DNA of 63,006 bases, counting the filler, from a bacterium (GTDB lineage Bacteria; JBDRGX01), in the NCBI GenBank assembly GCA_043817485.1. It is 8 parts of 8 records of this genome, joined end to end, with 100 filler letters (N's around TTAATTAATTAA, not from the genome) between each part and the next. Parts side by side here need not be neighbours in the genome. Positions count along the whole stretch, not along the records: positions 49,487 to 54,324 come from JBDRGX010000095.1; positions 54,425 to 63,006 come from JBDRGX010000096.1; 6 more parts are not named here. The stretch is one strand, 5' to 3'. Shown here piece after piece: positions 53,000 to 62,776 of this stretch (the first letter of the stretch is position 1; every line of letters begins with the position of its first letter). The notes beneath the pieces are model-generated. The model was not told the origin of the DNA, did no database searches, and worked only from the letters and a program-made list of their open reading frames with translations. A program made the position numbers and the translations under genes.

Positions 53000-53013
53000 T
53001 TTTTGATATAATT

Positions 53014-53280
53014 GTAGGGGACAGTGGCTTGTCCCTGTCCGAAGCAAAATAACATCAGAATAAATTGAAAATGGGAAATTTGAAATGGAAAATGTAAAAT
53101 TAAAAAATTATTGATTTTGACAATTCAATATCAATAGAGCACCAGTCACCAGAATACCAGAGTAGATTCCATTTTTAATTTCTAATCTCAATGGTATAAA
53201 AAATTCCATAGGGATAGATATATTGGTAGACAAAACGAATCTAATACAGTTAGCGTTTAAATGCGACTTGGTATAAAAAA
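53014..53280. repeat. Repeat mosaic between thiL and xseA
   Basis: GTAG-REP GTAGGGGACAGTGGCTTGTCCCTGTCC (53014-53040); modules shared in reverse with 32190-32390; 53250-53277 is the exact reverse complement of 21941-21968. Confidence 0.85.
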
Positions 53281-53293
53281 CAACGAGGTTTGT

Positions 53294-54324
53294 TTGAATC
53301 AAATATACACTGTAACAGAAATAACTGAAAAAATAAAAATTACATTAGAAACTTTTTTTTCAAATATTGCAATTAAAGGGGAAGTTTCTAATTTTAAAAT
53401 ATCTCCATCTAATCATTTATATTTTCTTTTAAAAGATGAAAAAAACAATGTTTTACCTTGTGTTTTTTTTAAATTTAATATAAAAAACAGTTTTATCCCT
53501 AAAGATGGAGATCAAGTTATTGCTCATGGAAATATAAGTACTTATAATGAAAAAGGAATATATCAATTAAAAATTGAATCCATAGAAAATATAGGAAAAG
53601 GATCCTTTCAAATTGCTTTTGAACAACTAAAAAAGAAATTATTAGAAGAAGGTCTTTTTGATGAAAAGTATAAAAAAAATCTTCCTTTTCTTCCACATAA
53701 AATAGGAATTATTACATCTCCAAGTGGTGCTGTTATTCATGATATGTTGACTTTATTAAAAAAAAGATTTGAAAATGCTTCTATTATTCTTTATCCCGTA
53801 AAAGTGCAAGGGAAAGAATCAACTCAAGAAATTATTCAAGCAATAAATGATTTTAACAAATTAAAAAATGTAGAAGTAATTATTCTTGCTCGTGGAGGTG
53901 GCTCATTAGAAGATTTACAATCATTTAATGAAGAAAATGTTGCAAGAACTATTTTTAATTCTAAAATTCCAATTATAAGTGCTATTGGACATGAAACAGA
54001 TTATACAATTGCTGATTTTGTTGCAGATAAAAGATCTCCTACTCCATCAGCTGCAATTGAAATAATAATTCCAAATAAAACAGAAATTATGAAAAAAATT
54101 AATTCTTATTTATCAAGATCATATTCCTTTTTAAATTATAAAATAAAAGAAGAAAAAAAATATTTTAAAAATTTAATTCAAAGAAAAATACTAAAAAATC
54201 CAATAGATGTTTTTATTCATCCTAAACTTCAAAAATTAGATTTTTTGATAGAAAATTTATCTTATGTAATAAATAAAAAAATAAGTAATAATATTATTTA
54301 TTATCAAAATTTAAAAAATAAATT
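53294..54324 (+). CDS. xseA: Exodeoxyribonuclease VII large subunit, 3'-truncated
   Basis: GEVSNF, HLYFLLKD, ITSPSGAVIHD, ARGGGSLEDL, SAIGHETD, PTPSAA; TTG start after GAGG. Confidence 0.95.
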
Positions 54325-54424
54325 NNNNNNNNNNNNNNNNNNNNNNNNNNNNNNNNNNNNNNNNNNNNTTAATTAATTAANNNNNNNNNNNNNNNNNNNN
54401 NNNNNNNNNNNNNNNNNNNNNNNN

Positions 54425-56092
54425 GGAAATAAAATATTTTCTACATCTATTTTACAAAGAGCAATTAGAACTAAATTGTCTAATGCTTATAGTTTTGAAA
54501 AAATAGAAATTGATAGATATGGTATCTATGAAATTTATTCAGAAAAAGGTTATTTGGGCTGTGAAATTGTTTCAAATCTTATTTATGATGAAGAAAATAA
54601 AAAAATAGATATTGTTTATTCTATTACAGAAGGTGATATTTATTCAGTTGAAGATATTATTATTAGAGGAAATAATTTTACAAAAGATAAAGTAATTAGA
54701 AGAGAATTGATAATTAAATCAGGTGATATTTTAAATAGAAGTAAGGTATTAGATAGTCAGAAAAAAATTACTCAATTAGGTTTTTTTAATAAAGTAGTTC
54801 CTTTGACTGAACCAGGAACTCAAAAAGGAATGATGGATTTAATTTTTGAAGTAGAAGAAAGAGAATCTGGATCAGCTCAAGTAGGTATGACTTATAGTAA
54901 TGAAGAAAAATTCGTTGGTTTTATTGAAGTTGCTCATTCAAATTTTTTAGGTAGAGGACAAAAAATTTATGTTCGTTATGAATTTGGAACAAAAAAATCA
55001 CAAGGAGAAATAGGTTTTACAGAACCTTGGTTATTTAATAAACCAATTTATAGTAATTTTAGATTATATAATTTGTTAAAAGATTATTCTTTTAGTGAAA
55101 GAGTTTATGGTGAAGGAAAAATATTAAATGAAGCAAAATACAAAACAGATCAAAAAGGATTTGAAACAACTTTAGGATATCGTTTTTGGAATTTTCATAA
55201 CATTTATTTTACTTGTGAATATCAAGAAATTGATTATCGTTTAATAAAAATTATTAAACCAAAAGAACCTACAATAGCACAATATCCTAATATAGATGAA
55301 TATAATAAGGAAATGAATGCTTATAAAATAGTAATAGATACATTTTTTAATAAAAAAAATAATCCTTTTTATGTAAATGATGAACATACTTATTTTCATC
55401 CTGGTATTTCTATTGTTAAAGAATTTATGACGGGTGAACAAATTGATTCCAATAAAGTATCTAAAGGTGGTCAAAAAATTGAATCTCGTACTATTTCTGG
55501 TTCTTATGTTTGGAATCAATATGACGATCCTATAAATACGAGTAATGGTTTTAAATTAAGTTTTTATTCTAAATTAGCTGGATTAGGTGGTGATGAGTAT
55601 TTTATAAAAAATAATTTGGATTATGGACATTATTTTTCATTTCCATTAGGATTAGTTTTAGGACATCATCTTGTTTTTAGTATTGCTAAAGGGTATAAAG
55701 GAAATGATGTTCCTGCTATTGAAAGATATTTTGTTGGAGGTGTTAATACAATTAGAGGTTATGGAGAAAGATCAATTGCTGATAACTGTAGATCTCGATT
55801 AATTGCTAATATAGAATTAAAAAGAACTTTTGAAAATTTTTTTACTCCAGCAATGTTTATTGATTTTGGATCTGGATGGAGTAGTCCATCATTTGTAGAA
55901 AATCAAATAATTGATAAAGTTCCTAATTCTTGGAATGATATTTTTAAAGAAGTATCATTGAAAGATTTAAAAGGAAGTTATGGTGTTGGGATTAGACTTC
56001 TTACTCCAATGGGAATTATTAGATTTGATTTTGCAAGACCATTTGAAAAAAAAGATTGGATGTGGCATTTCACTATTGGCCCAGTGTTTTAA
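54425..56092 (+). CDS. bamA: Outer membrane protein assembly factor BamA, 5'-truncated
   Basis: Frame open from contig start; POTRA GNNFTKDKVIRREL, NFLGRGQ, FTEPWL, IRGY motif, TPMGIIRFD, C-terminal F. Confidence 0.9.
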   Translation, partial: GNKIFSTSILQRAIRTKLSNAYSFEKIEIDRYGIYEIYSEKGYLGCEIVSNLIYDEENKKIDIVYSITEGDIYSVEDIIIRGNNFTKDKVIRRELIIKSGDILNRSKVLDSQKKITQLGFFNKVVPLTEPGTQKGMMDLIFEVEERESGSAQVGMTYSNEEKFVGFIEVAHSNFLGRGQKIYVRYEFGTKKSQGEIGFTEPWLFNKPIYSNFRLYNLLKDYSFSERVYGEGKILNEAKYKTDQKGFETTLGYRFWNFHNIYFTCEYQEIDYRLIKIIKPKEPTIAQYPNIDEYNKEMNAYKIVIDTFFNKKNNPFYVNDEHTYFHPGISIVKEFMTGEQIDSNKVSKGGQKIESRTISGSYVWNQYDDPINTSNGFKLSFYSKLAGLGGDEYFIKNNLDYGHYFSFPLGLVLGHHLVFSIAKGYKGNDVPAIERYFVGGVNTIRGYGERSIADNCRSRLIANIELKRTFENFFTPAMFIDFGSGWSSPSFVENQIIDKVPNSWNDIFKEVSLKDLKGSYGVGIRLLTPMGIIRFDFARPFEKKDWMWHFTIGPVF

Positions 56093-56093
56093 T

Positions 56094-56585
56094 ATGTTTA
56101 TTAAAAAATATTTATGGGTTATTTTTATATTTATTTTTTTATTTTCTTTTGTTAAAGCAAATGAAATTGTTTGTAGTAATGAACTTATTACTCGTTTAGA
56201 TGAATATGATGGTAAAAAAATAATCTATAAAGGAGAAGTTATTGTTGTTATGAAAAGAGGAAATTTTGCTTGGATAAATGTACTTGATAATGGAACTGCA
56301 ATTGGAATTTGGACATCTTTAAATATTATTCCAAAAATAAAATTTGTTGGAGATTATAAACATCAAGGAGATATTGTAGAAATTGTTGGAACATTTCATA
56401 AAACTTGTGTAGAACATGGTGGAGATTTAGATATTCATGCAGAAAAAATTACTATTTTAGAAGAAGGAAAAATACTAAAACATCCTATAAGTGAACAAAA
56501 AATAAAAATTGCTTTAATTTTTTGTTTATTAACTATTATTACTTGGGGTTTATGTTTGTGGAGAAAAAAGCGTGAAATTAGCTAA
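56094..56585 (+). CDS. Membrane-anchored OB-fold hypothetical protein
   Basis: Signal peptide, YDGKKIIYKGEVI, GDIVEIVGTFH, HGGDLDIHA, C-terminal TM. Confidence 0.65.
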   Translation: MFIKKYLWVIFIFIFLFSFVKANEIVCSNELITRLDEYDGKKIIYKGEVIVVMKRGNFAWINVLDNGTAIGIWTSLNIIPKIKFVGDYKHQGDIVEIVGTFHKTCVEHGGDLDIHAEKITILEEGKILKHPISEQKIKIALIFCLLTIITWGLCLWRKKREIS

Positions 56586-57738
56586 AGGATTCTTTTTTAA
56601 TGGAATTAGTGTTGGAATAAAAAAACAAGAAAAAAAAGATTTAGGTTTGATTTATTCAGAAAAGCCAGCTCAAATATCTGCTGTTTTCACTACTAATAAA
56701 ATAAAAGCAGCTCCGATTAAATTAGGGATGAAAAGAATAAAAGAAAAAAATATTCAAGCAGTAATAGTTAATAGTGGAAATGCTAATGCTTGTACTGGGA
56801 ATAAAGGTTATGAAGATGTGTTAAATATTACAGAAAAGTTAGCAAAAGAACTTGGTTTAAATGCAAATAATGTAATAATGTCTTCAACTGGAATTATTGG
56901 TTATAAATTGCCTGTAGAAAAAATTTGTGAGAATATTCCTGATTTAGTAAAAAATTTAGATAAAAATAAATTTGAAGATTTTTGCTATAGTATTTTAACT
57001 ACAGATACGAAAATAAAACAAAAAACAATTAAATTTAAAATTGATAATTTAGATATTATTCTCAATGGTACTGCAAAAGGTGCTGGAATGATGGCTCCTT
57101 CTTTAGCAACTCTTTTATGTTTTGTAATAACAGATGTTTCTATTTCTAAAACACTTTTACAAAAAGCTTTAAAAAATGCAATTACAAATTCTTTTAATTC
57201 AATTTCTATAGATGGTGATACAAGTACTAATGATACTATTTTAATATTAGCAAATGGTTGTGCAGGTAATAAAACAATTGAAAAAGAAGATGAAAATTTT
57301 AATAAATTTTCAAATGCTTTAAATGAATTATTATTAGATTTAGCAAAACAAGTAGTAAAAGATGGAGAAGGAATTACTAAATTTATAAAAATAAATGTAA
57401 AGAATGCAAATTCTTTTATTGATGCAAAAAAAGTAGCTTTTTCAATTGCAAATTCTCCTTTAGTAAAAATAGCTTTATTTGGAGAAAATCCTAATTGGGG
57501 AAGATTGATGATGGCTATTGGAAAATCTGGTGCTAAAATAAAATCAGAATTTATTGATATTTATTTAGAGAAAGAGCAAATTGTAAAAAATAGTCTTTTT
57601 TGCAATGTATTAAAAAATCTTCTTGAAAAAAGTGAAATAGAAATTACAGTAGATTTAAAAATAGGTTTAGCAAAAGCAACAGTTTATACTACAGATTTTT
57701 CTTATGATTATGTGAAAATTAATGCAGAATATAATTGA
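56572..57738 (+). CDS. argJ: Bifunctional ornithine acetyltransferase ArgJ
   Basis: NSGNANACTG, SSTGIIG, ILTTDT, DGDTSTND, DGEG, PNWGR, YVKINAEY. Confidence 0.96.
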   Translation: MKLAKGFFFNGISVGIKKQEKKDLGLIYSEKPAQISAVFTTNKIKAAPIKLGMKRIKEKNIQAVIVNSGNANACTGNKGYEDVLNITEKLAKELGLNANNVIMSSTGIIGYKLPVEKICENIPDLVKNLDKNKFEDFCYSILTTDTKIKQKTIKFKIDNLDIILNGTAKGAGMMAPSLATLLCFVITDVSISKTLLQKALKNAITNSFNSISIDGDTSTNDTILILANGCAGNKTIEKEDENFNKFSNALNELLLDLAKQVVKDGEGITKFIKINVKNANSFIDAKKVAFSIANSPLVKIALFGENPNWGRLMMAIGKSGAKIKSEFIDIYLEKEQIVKNSLFCNVLKNLLEKSEIEITVDLKIGLAKATVYTTDFSYDYVKINAEYN

Positions 57739-57742
57739 TACT

Positions 57743-57770
57743 TGAACCGACGATTTAAATCGTCGGTTCA
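57743..57770. terminator. Perfect 28-bp palindrome between convergent genes
   Basis: TGAACCGACGATTT|AAATCGTCGGTTCA immediately after the argJ stop. Confidence 0.6.
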
Positions 57771-57849
57771 CCATACAAGCAAAAGTAAAACAATTATTCT
57801 CGATTTAAAATCATTTTTATATCTTTAAATGTAATTTAGTATAAAAATT

Positions 57850-59013
57850 TTATGATTGACCATGAGCAATTTTTAAAGCTATTTGAGCAATTTCAAAAGC
57901 AGCATAAGGTTTTGCAAGCGTAAGTGCATTTTTTTTAAGTTCATTCATTTTGTTTTTATTTTCCAAAAGTTTAGTCAATTTACAATGAAGTGTTACAATA
58001 TTATTGATTTTTATTGCTGCTCCATTTTCTAAAAGAAAATCGCAATTTCTTGATTCATTCCCTGGTACTGGATTTACAATAGCTATTGGAATACCGTTTG
58101 CTAAAGATTCAGTAATAGTAAGACCTCCGGGTTTAGATACAATTATAGTGGCAATAGACATAAGTTCATGCATTTTATCAGTAAAGCCAATTATTTTAGT
58201 ATAATGATAGGGATGTTCTTTTATTTTATCAAGTTTTTTCTTAATAGATTCATTTTTACCTACCACGACTACAATTTCTAATGGAATTTTAATTTTCAAC
58301 AATTCTTTATAAATTGTTTCAATAGGTCCTAATCCAAATCCTCCAGCCAATTGAAGTATAATGGGCTTATTTCCTGTAAGGTTATGTGATTTTAAACAAA
58401 GTGCACGATCTTGATGTTGATTAAAAAATGGATGAATAGGAATACCAGTAATACTAATATTTTCTTGTGGTACTCCCCAGTAATTCAAATAATTAGCTCC
58501 CTCTTCTGTGGCTGTACAATAATGTTCACAAGGATTTGTAACCCAAAGTCGATGAGTTTCATAATCAGTAGTTACTATCATATGTGGAATATTTATTTTT
58601 TTTTTATATCGAAGAGAAGCAATAATTTCAGCTGGTAAAAAATGAGTATTAATAACAAGATCCCATGTTTCTTTTTTAAGTATTTTTAGAAGTGATCGTA
58701 AATTTAATTTTTCAACAAGAATTCGTAGACGATCACTTTTTTGTTTAGAACTTCGTTGATTATTAAATAGATCATAAACATATCCCCAAATATGAGGTGC
58801 TTTATTAAAAAGATTAAGATATGTTTGTGTATAAATTTTTCGAAAAGCAGTATTTGTAAAATCTAAAATATCGTAATTATAAATAATTGCTTTTGGGTTA
58901 AGCCCTTTTATGGCTAATTCTATGGCTTCAGCAGCACGTAAATGTCCAGATCCAATTGATGCTGATAGAATAAGTATTTTAGGATTTTTATTAGTATTTA
59001 ATGTAGATTCCAT
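57850..59013 (-). CDS. MGDG synthase/UgtP-like diacylglycerol glycosyltransferase (GT28)
   Basis: SASIGSGHLRAA, THFLP, TGIPI, SKPGGLT..ES, PVPGNESRN. Confidence 0.88.
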   Translation of the reverse strand: MESTLNTNKNPKILILSASIGSGHLRAAEAIELAIKGLNPKAIIYNYDILDFTNTAFRKIYTQTYLNLFNKAPHIWGYVYDLFNNQRSSKQKSDRLRILVEKLNLRSLLKILKKETWDLVINTHFLPAEIIASLRYKKKINIPHMIVTTDYETHRLWVTNPCEHYCTATEEGANYLNYWGVPQENISITGIPIHPFFNQHQDRALCLKSHNLTGNKPIILQLAGGFGLGPIETIYKELLKIKIPLEIVVVVGKNESIKKKLDKIKEHPYHYTKIIGFTDKMHELMSIATIIVSKPGGLTITESLANGIPIAIVNPVPGNESRNCDFLLENGAAIKINNIVTLHCKLTKLLENKNKMNELKKNALTLAKPYAAFEIAQIALKIAHGQS

Positions 59014-59147
59014 AGGAGTTTTTATAATAATTCTTATTTTGTTTGTCAAGAAAAACTTTTTTATTGTACAATCAAAAAGTTAAAAATGCTTGACATTTTA
59101 AATAAAATATAATAAATTTTTACACTAAATAAGATTATAACTTTAAG

Positions 59148-59497
59148 GGGGGCGATTGGTTTCGACAAGAATATGGAGATATAAGTGGCATATCGAGGTT
59201 GCCAAGTTTCTCGTAAAACACTGCGGCATTTTTTAAGCGCTAACAATAACTTAGCATTAGCTGCTTAGTAAGCAGTTCATCTTTTAAATTTTGTCTGCGG
59301 GGTTTAAAAGATGTAGGTTAGCAGACTAATTTGTTATTTTTCATTCTGTAGAATAACAAATGAATTTAATCGGAATAGTTTTTCAAGATCCTGTTTGGAA
59401 GGAATTTGAAAAATGAAAATTAAATTCCAAACTAAATATGTAGATGCTTATATTGATATATTTTTGGACGTGGGTTCAATTCCCACCGCCTCCACCA
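59148..59497 (+). ncRNA. ssrA: tmRNA; tag peptide ANNNLALAA (59239-59268)
   Basis: 5' GGGGGCG...TTCGAC; 3' GGGTTCAATTCCCACCGCCTCCACCA with G3:U pair; internal GCT AAC AAT AAC TTA GCA TTA GCT GCT TAG. Confidence 0.95.
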
Positions 59498-59537
59498 AAA
59501 AATTAAAAATAATTTTTTGGAATAAAAAGGAGAATTT

Positions 59538-60068
59538 ATGGATTTAGAAAATCTTTGGCAAGAGGCTTTAGAAAAAACACAAATTTTAAGATATCGATTA
59601 AAGCCATTATTAACTTTTCAAACAACAACACTTTCTTATATTTTTCTTTCTGAATCAGTAGTTAATCTTGGAGATGTAGTAGTACGAAAAGGAAATATTT
59701 TAGTAGATAAACCTTTAATTCTTTTACCTCCTAATTATCCTCAATTTCAAGGATTTGAATTTGAAGAAGAAGAAGATCAATTTTCTGAAAATGATATTCG
59801 TTCTTTTTTTTTAATGAGAGGAATTGTTTTACCTTCTTTAAAATATAATAATAAATCATATTCTATTGAAACTTTTGAAGGTAGTTTAGAAAAAGCTATA
59901 GATAAGTTTTCTGTTGATTTAGAACAAAAAAAAGATATTGATTATGGTTTAATTACAGGTGCAGATGATAGTTGGAATTTTTCTCTTCTTATTTATGTTA
60001 CTAATCTAATGAATAAATTTGTTGGAAATGATTTAATGAATTTATTTAAAAAATATAAAAACAACTAA
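59538..60068 (+). CDS. Hypothetical protein
   Basis: 176-aa ORF with AAGGAG RBS and protein-like composition; no family confidently recognised. Confidence 0.75.
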   Translation: MDLENLWQEALEKTQILRYRLKPLLTFQTTTLSYIFLSESVVNLGDVVVRKGNILVDKPLILLPPNYPQFQGFEFEEEEDQFSENDIRSFFLMRGIVLPSLKYNNKSYSIETFEGSLEKAIDKFSVDLEQKKDIDYGLITGADDSWNFSLLIYVTNLMNKFVGNDLMNLFKKYKNN

Positions 60069-60130
60069 AATAACTTTTTGCAATGGCTTGATTTATTTTT
60101 TCAATTTTTTACTAATTACTGAAAGAAATT

Positions 60131-60799
60131 TTATAATAATTTTGTTTTATTTATAACTAATTCATAATTACATTTTAAAAAATTAGCTGCTCGTCGAGAA
60201 ATAATCATACGAGAAAGAAATATCTCAAAATATTCCATTACTTGAGAAATATTAGTATCAATAGTTAAATTTAAACTAATAATTTTTTGATCTTTTTTTA
60301 TTTTTAAAAATGCTTTTTTAACAGCATAATTTACTCGATCGTGCATATCAAAATTTATCATTTTAGCAGTTCTAACTCTTGTTAAATGAACATCAGCTTT
60401 ATCTGCAATTATTAAACTTGCTGCAATTGAATTTACTGGATTACCACTATAATCTTCTTCATGATTTCCAACAGCAGCCATAATTGGAATAATTTCATTA
60501 TTTTCCATTCCCATTTCTCTAAGAATTCTGCTTATTATTTGTGTTCCAAATTGACCATGATATGGTCTTCCTATGACATTGCCTATATCATGAACATATC
60601 CAGCAATTGCTGCTAATTCAGCATCTCTTTTAGAAAAATTAAGATTTGTAAGAATATCATGAGCAAAATTTGCTGTAATATTAGCATGTCTTTCACCGTG
60701 TTCTGTATAACCAATTATGCCTAAATATTCATCTGTTTTTGCTAAAAACTCTTTAATTTCTTTATTTTGCTTTATATCGTTTAATTGTATTTTTTTCAT
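60131..60799 (-). CDS. HD-domain phosphohydrolase
   Basis: GYTEHG..H, HDIGN, GNHEE, ADKADVH..RVR, HDRVNYAV. Confidence 0.9.
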   Translation of the reverse strand: MKKIQLNDIKQNKEIKEFLAKTDEYLGIIGYTEHGERHANITANFAHDILTNLNFSKRDAELAAIAGYVHDIGNVIGRPYHGQFGTQIISRILREMGMENNEIIPIMAAVGNHEEDYSGNPVNSIAASLIIADKADVHLTRVRTAKMINFDMHDRVNYAVKKAFLKIKKDQKIISLNLTIDTNISQVMEYFEIFLSRMIISRRAANFLKCNYELVINKTKLL

Positions 60800-60807
60800 T
60801 TTTTATT

Positions 60808-61155
60808 TTAAGAAGAAATTTGAGAAGCATCTTTTATTGGGTATTTTTCAAGATAAGAAATAGCACCTTTAGAAAATTCTACTTTAACATTTGAAGCAAT
60901 TTGTAAAATAACTATTCCATCTTTAACTTCTACTACAGTTCCATGAATTCCTCCAACTGTTACAACTATATCATCTTTTTTTAAATTATCAAGCATTGTT
61001 TGATGCTCTTTTTTTTTCTTATTTTGTGGAAGAATAATTAAAAAGTAAAATATAGCAATCATTATAATAAAAGGGAAAAATGTTCCTATAGGATTAAAAG
61101 TTTGTGGTGCTGTAGTTGTTGGTGTTGGTTGTGCAGAACAAAAAAAATTTAGCAT
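60808..61155 (-). CDS. yajC: Preprotein translocase subunit YajC
   Basis: FYFLIILPQ, LKKDDIVVTVGGIHGTV. Confidence 0.93.
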   Translation of the reverse strand: MLNFFCSAQPTPTTTAPQTFNPIGTFFPFIIMIAIFYFLIILPQNKKKKEHQTMLDNLKKDDIVVTVGGIHGTVVEVKDGIVILQIASNVKVEFSKGAISYLEKYPIKDASQISS

Positions 61156-61280
61156 GTATCATCTCCTTTTTAAAAAAAATTATTAAAAAAATTGACAAAA
61201 TTTATTGAAAATTAGTATAAGTTTTAAATTAGAAATTGTCAAGAAAAACATAAATATTATTTATAAGTGAAAAAATAATA

Positions 61281-61817
61281 ATGAAAAATATTTTGCTTCA
61301 TATTTGTTGTGGTGTATGTGCAAGTTCAGTTGTTCAAAAATTACAAGAAGAAAATTTTTATATAATTGGATTTTTTTATAATCCAAATATTTATTGTGAA
61401 CAAGAATATAAAAAACGAATAGAATTTGTTTATAAAGTTTCTCAAATTCTTAAATTTGATTTAATAGAAGGGGAATATGATTATGATAAATGGTTTAATT
61501 TAACAAAAGATTTTAAAAAAGAACCAGAAGGAAAAACAAGATGTGAAATTTGTTATAAAATGAGATTAAAAGAAACTTATAAGAAATTACAAGAATTAAA
61601 ATTTTCATATTTTGCTACTACTCTTAGTGTAAGTCCTCATAAAAATGTATTAATTATCAATAAAATTGGAAAAGAATTAGATGAAAAAGCTTTTCTTGAA
61701 AAAGATTTTAAAAAACAAGATGGTTTTAAAAAAGCCATTGAATTTTCTAAACAACATAATTTTTATCGTCAAAATTATTGTGGTTGTATTTATAGTAAAA
61801 AGTTTGTAGAAAAATGA
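61281..61817 (+). CDS. queH: Epoxyqueuosine reductase QueH
   Basis: LLHICCGVC, FYNPNI, RCEICY..RL, TTLSVSPHK, YRQNYCGC. Confidence 0.92.
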   Translation: MKNILLHICCGVCASSVVQKLQEENFYIIGFFYNPNIYCEQEYKKRIEFVYKVSQILKFDLIEGEYDYDKWFNLTKDFKKEPEGKTRCEICYKMRLKETYKKLQELKFSYFATTLSVSPHKNVLIINKIGKELDEKAFLEKDFKKQDGFKKAIEFSKQHNFYRQNYCGCIYSKKFVEK

Positions 61818-61821
61818 ATCT

Positions 61822-61918
61822 CCCCCGCCATAAATGGCGAGGTATTTTCTCTGCAAGGAAAATATATTATTATTGTACCAATTCATCCCCGTCTCAAAAG
61901 ATGGGTATGAATTAGTAC
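61822..61918. repeat. Two GC-rich hairpins resembling IS200/IS605-type ends
   Basis: CCCCCGCCATAAATGGCGAGG and GTACCAATTCATCCCCGTCT-CAAA-AGATGGGTATGAATTAGTAC. Confidence 0.5.
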
Positions 61919-61948
61919 TACCAGATAAAATTATTTTGGAAGGGATAA

Positions 61949-62776
61949 ATGCCAGAATTACCAGAAGTAGAAACTATTTGTTTGCAATTAAAAAAAAATA
62001 TTAAAGAAAAAAAAATAATAAAAGTAGAAGTATTTTTATCTAAAATACTAAAAAATATTACTTCTTTAGAATTCAAAAATCAACTTACTAATGTTTTAAT
62101 TAAAGATGTAAAAAGAAGAGCAAAAATAATAATTATTGAATTAAGTAATAATAAATCATTACTTATTCATTTAAAACTTACTGGAAGATTACTTTATTTA
62201 CCTCAAGAGCAAAATCAAGAAAAACATACGCATATTATTTTTTTTCTTGATAATAATTATTCTTTGCGATTTTGGGATCTTCGGCAATTTGGTTATATAA
62301 AAATAATTTCAACTGATGAACTTTATTTTTTACCTGAAATAAAATCTCTTGGACCAGAACCATTAGAAGAATCTTTTACTTTAGAAAAATTTAAAGAATT
62401 GTTTAAAAAAAAGAAATCTGGAAAAATAAAATCTATTTTAATGGATCAAAAATTTATTGCTGGGATTGGAAATGCTTATGCTGATGAAATTTGTTTTTAT
62501 TCCAAAATTCATCCAGAAAAGAATATATTGACTTTAAAAGAAAAAGATTTTAGTAATTTACATGATAATATTAAAAATATTTTTTTACAAGCCATTGAAA
62601 ACAAAGGTTCTTCTATAGATACTTATAGAGATATATTTGGGGAAGAAGGAAAATATCATTTCAAATTTCAAGTTTATGGACGAAAAGGAAAACTTTGTTT
62701 TAAATGTAATGCAAAAATAGAACAAATTAAAATAAAAAATAGAAGTGCTTATTTTTGTCCTAATTGTCAAAAATAA
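61949..62776 (+). CDS. mutM: Formamidopyrimidine-DNA glycosylase
   Basis: MPELPEVE, HLKLTG, LGPEP, GIGNAYADE, C-terminal zinc finger. Confidence 0.96.
   Translation: MPELPEVETICLQLKKNIKEKKIIKVEVFLSKILKNITSLEFKNQLTNVLIKDVKRRAKIIIIELSNNKSLLIHLKLTGRLLYLPQEQNQEKHTHIIFFLDNNYSLRFWDLRQFGYIKIISTDELYFLPEIKSLGPEPLEESFTLEKFKELFKKKKSGKIKSILMDQKFIAGIGNAYADEICFYSKIHPEKNILTLKEKDFSNLHDNIKNIFLQAIENKGSSIDTYRDIFGEEGKYHFKFQVYGRKGKLCFKCNAKIEQIKIKNRSAYFCPNCQK

Noticed and set aside
9199-54424. Seven identical N/TTAATTAATTAA blocks as biological repeats
   Set aside because: Artificial contig linkers with stops in all frames; X-containing ORF ends and cross-gap adjacency are artefacts
59061-59246. 61-aa minus-strand ORF
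   Set aside because: Antisense to tmRNA
42757-59497. Prophage or integrative island at tRNA-Asn, tRNA-Pro or tmRNA
   Set aside because: No integrase, phage genes or duplicated 3' att sequence visible in the window
1797-62770. Many short ORFs antisense to or nested in long genes (e.g. 1797..2039, 7208..7498, 21307..21525, 22398..22757, 26078..26383, 43238..43618, 55241..55519)
   Set aside because: Shadow ORFs overlapping well-supported genes
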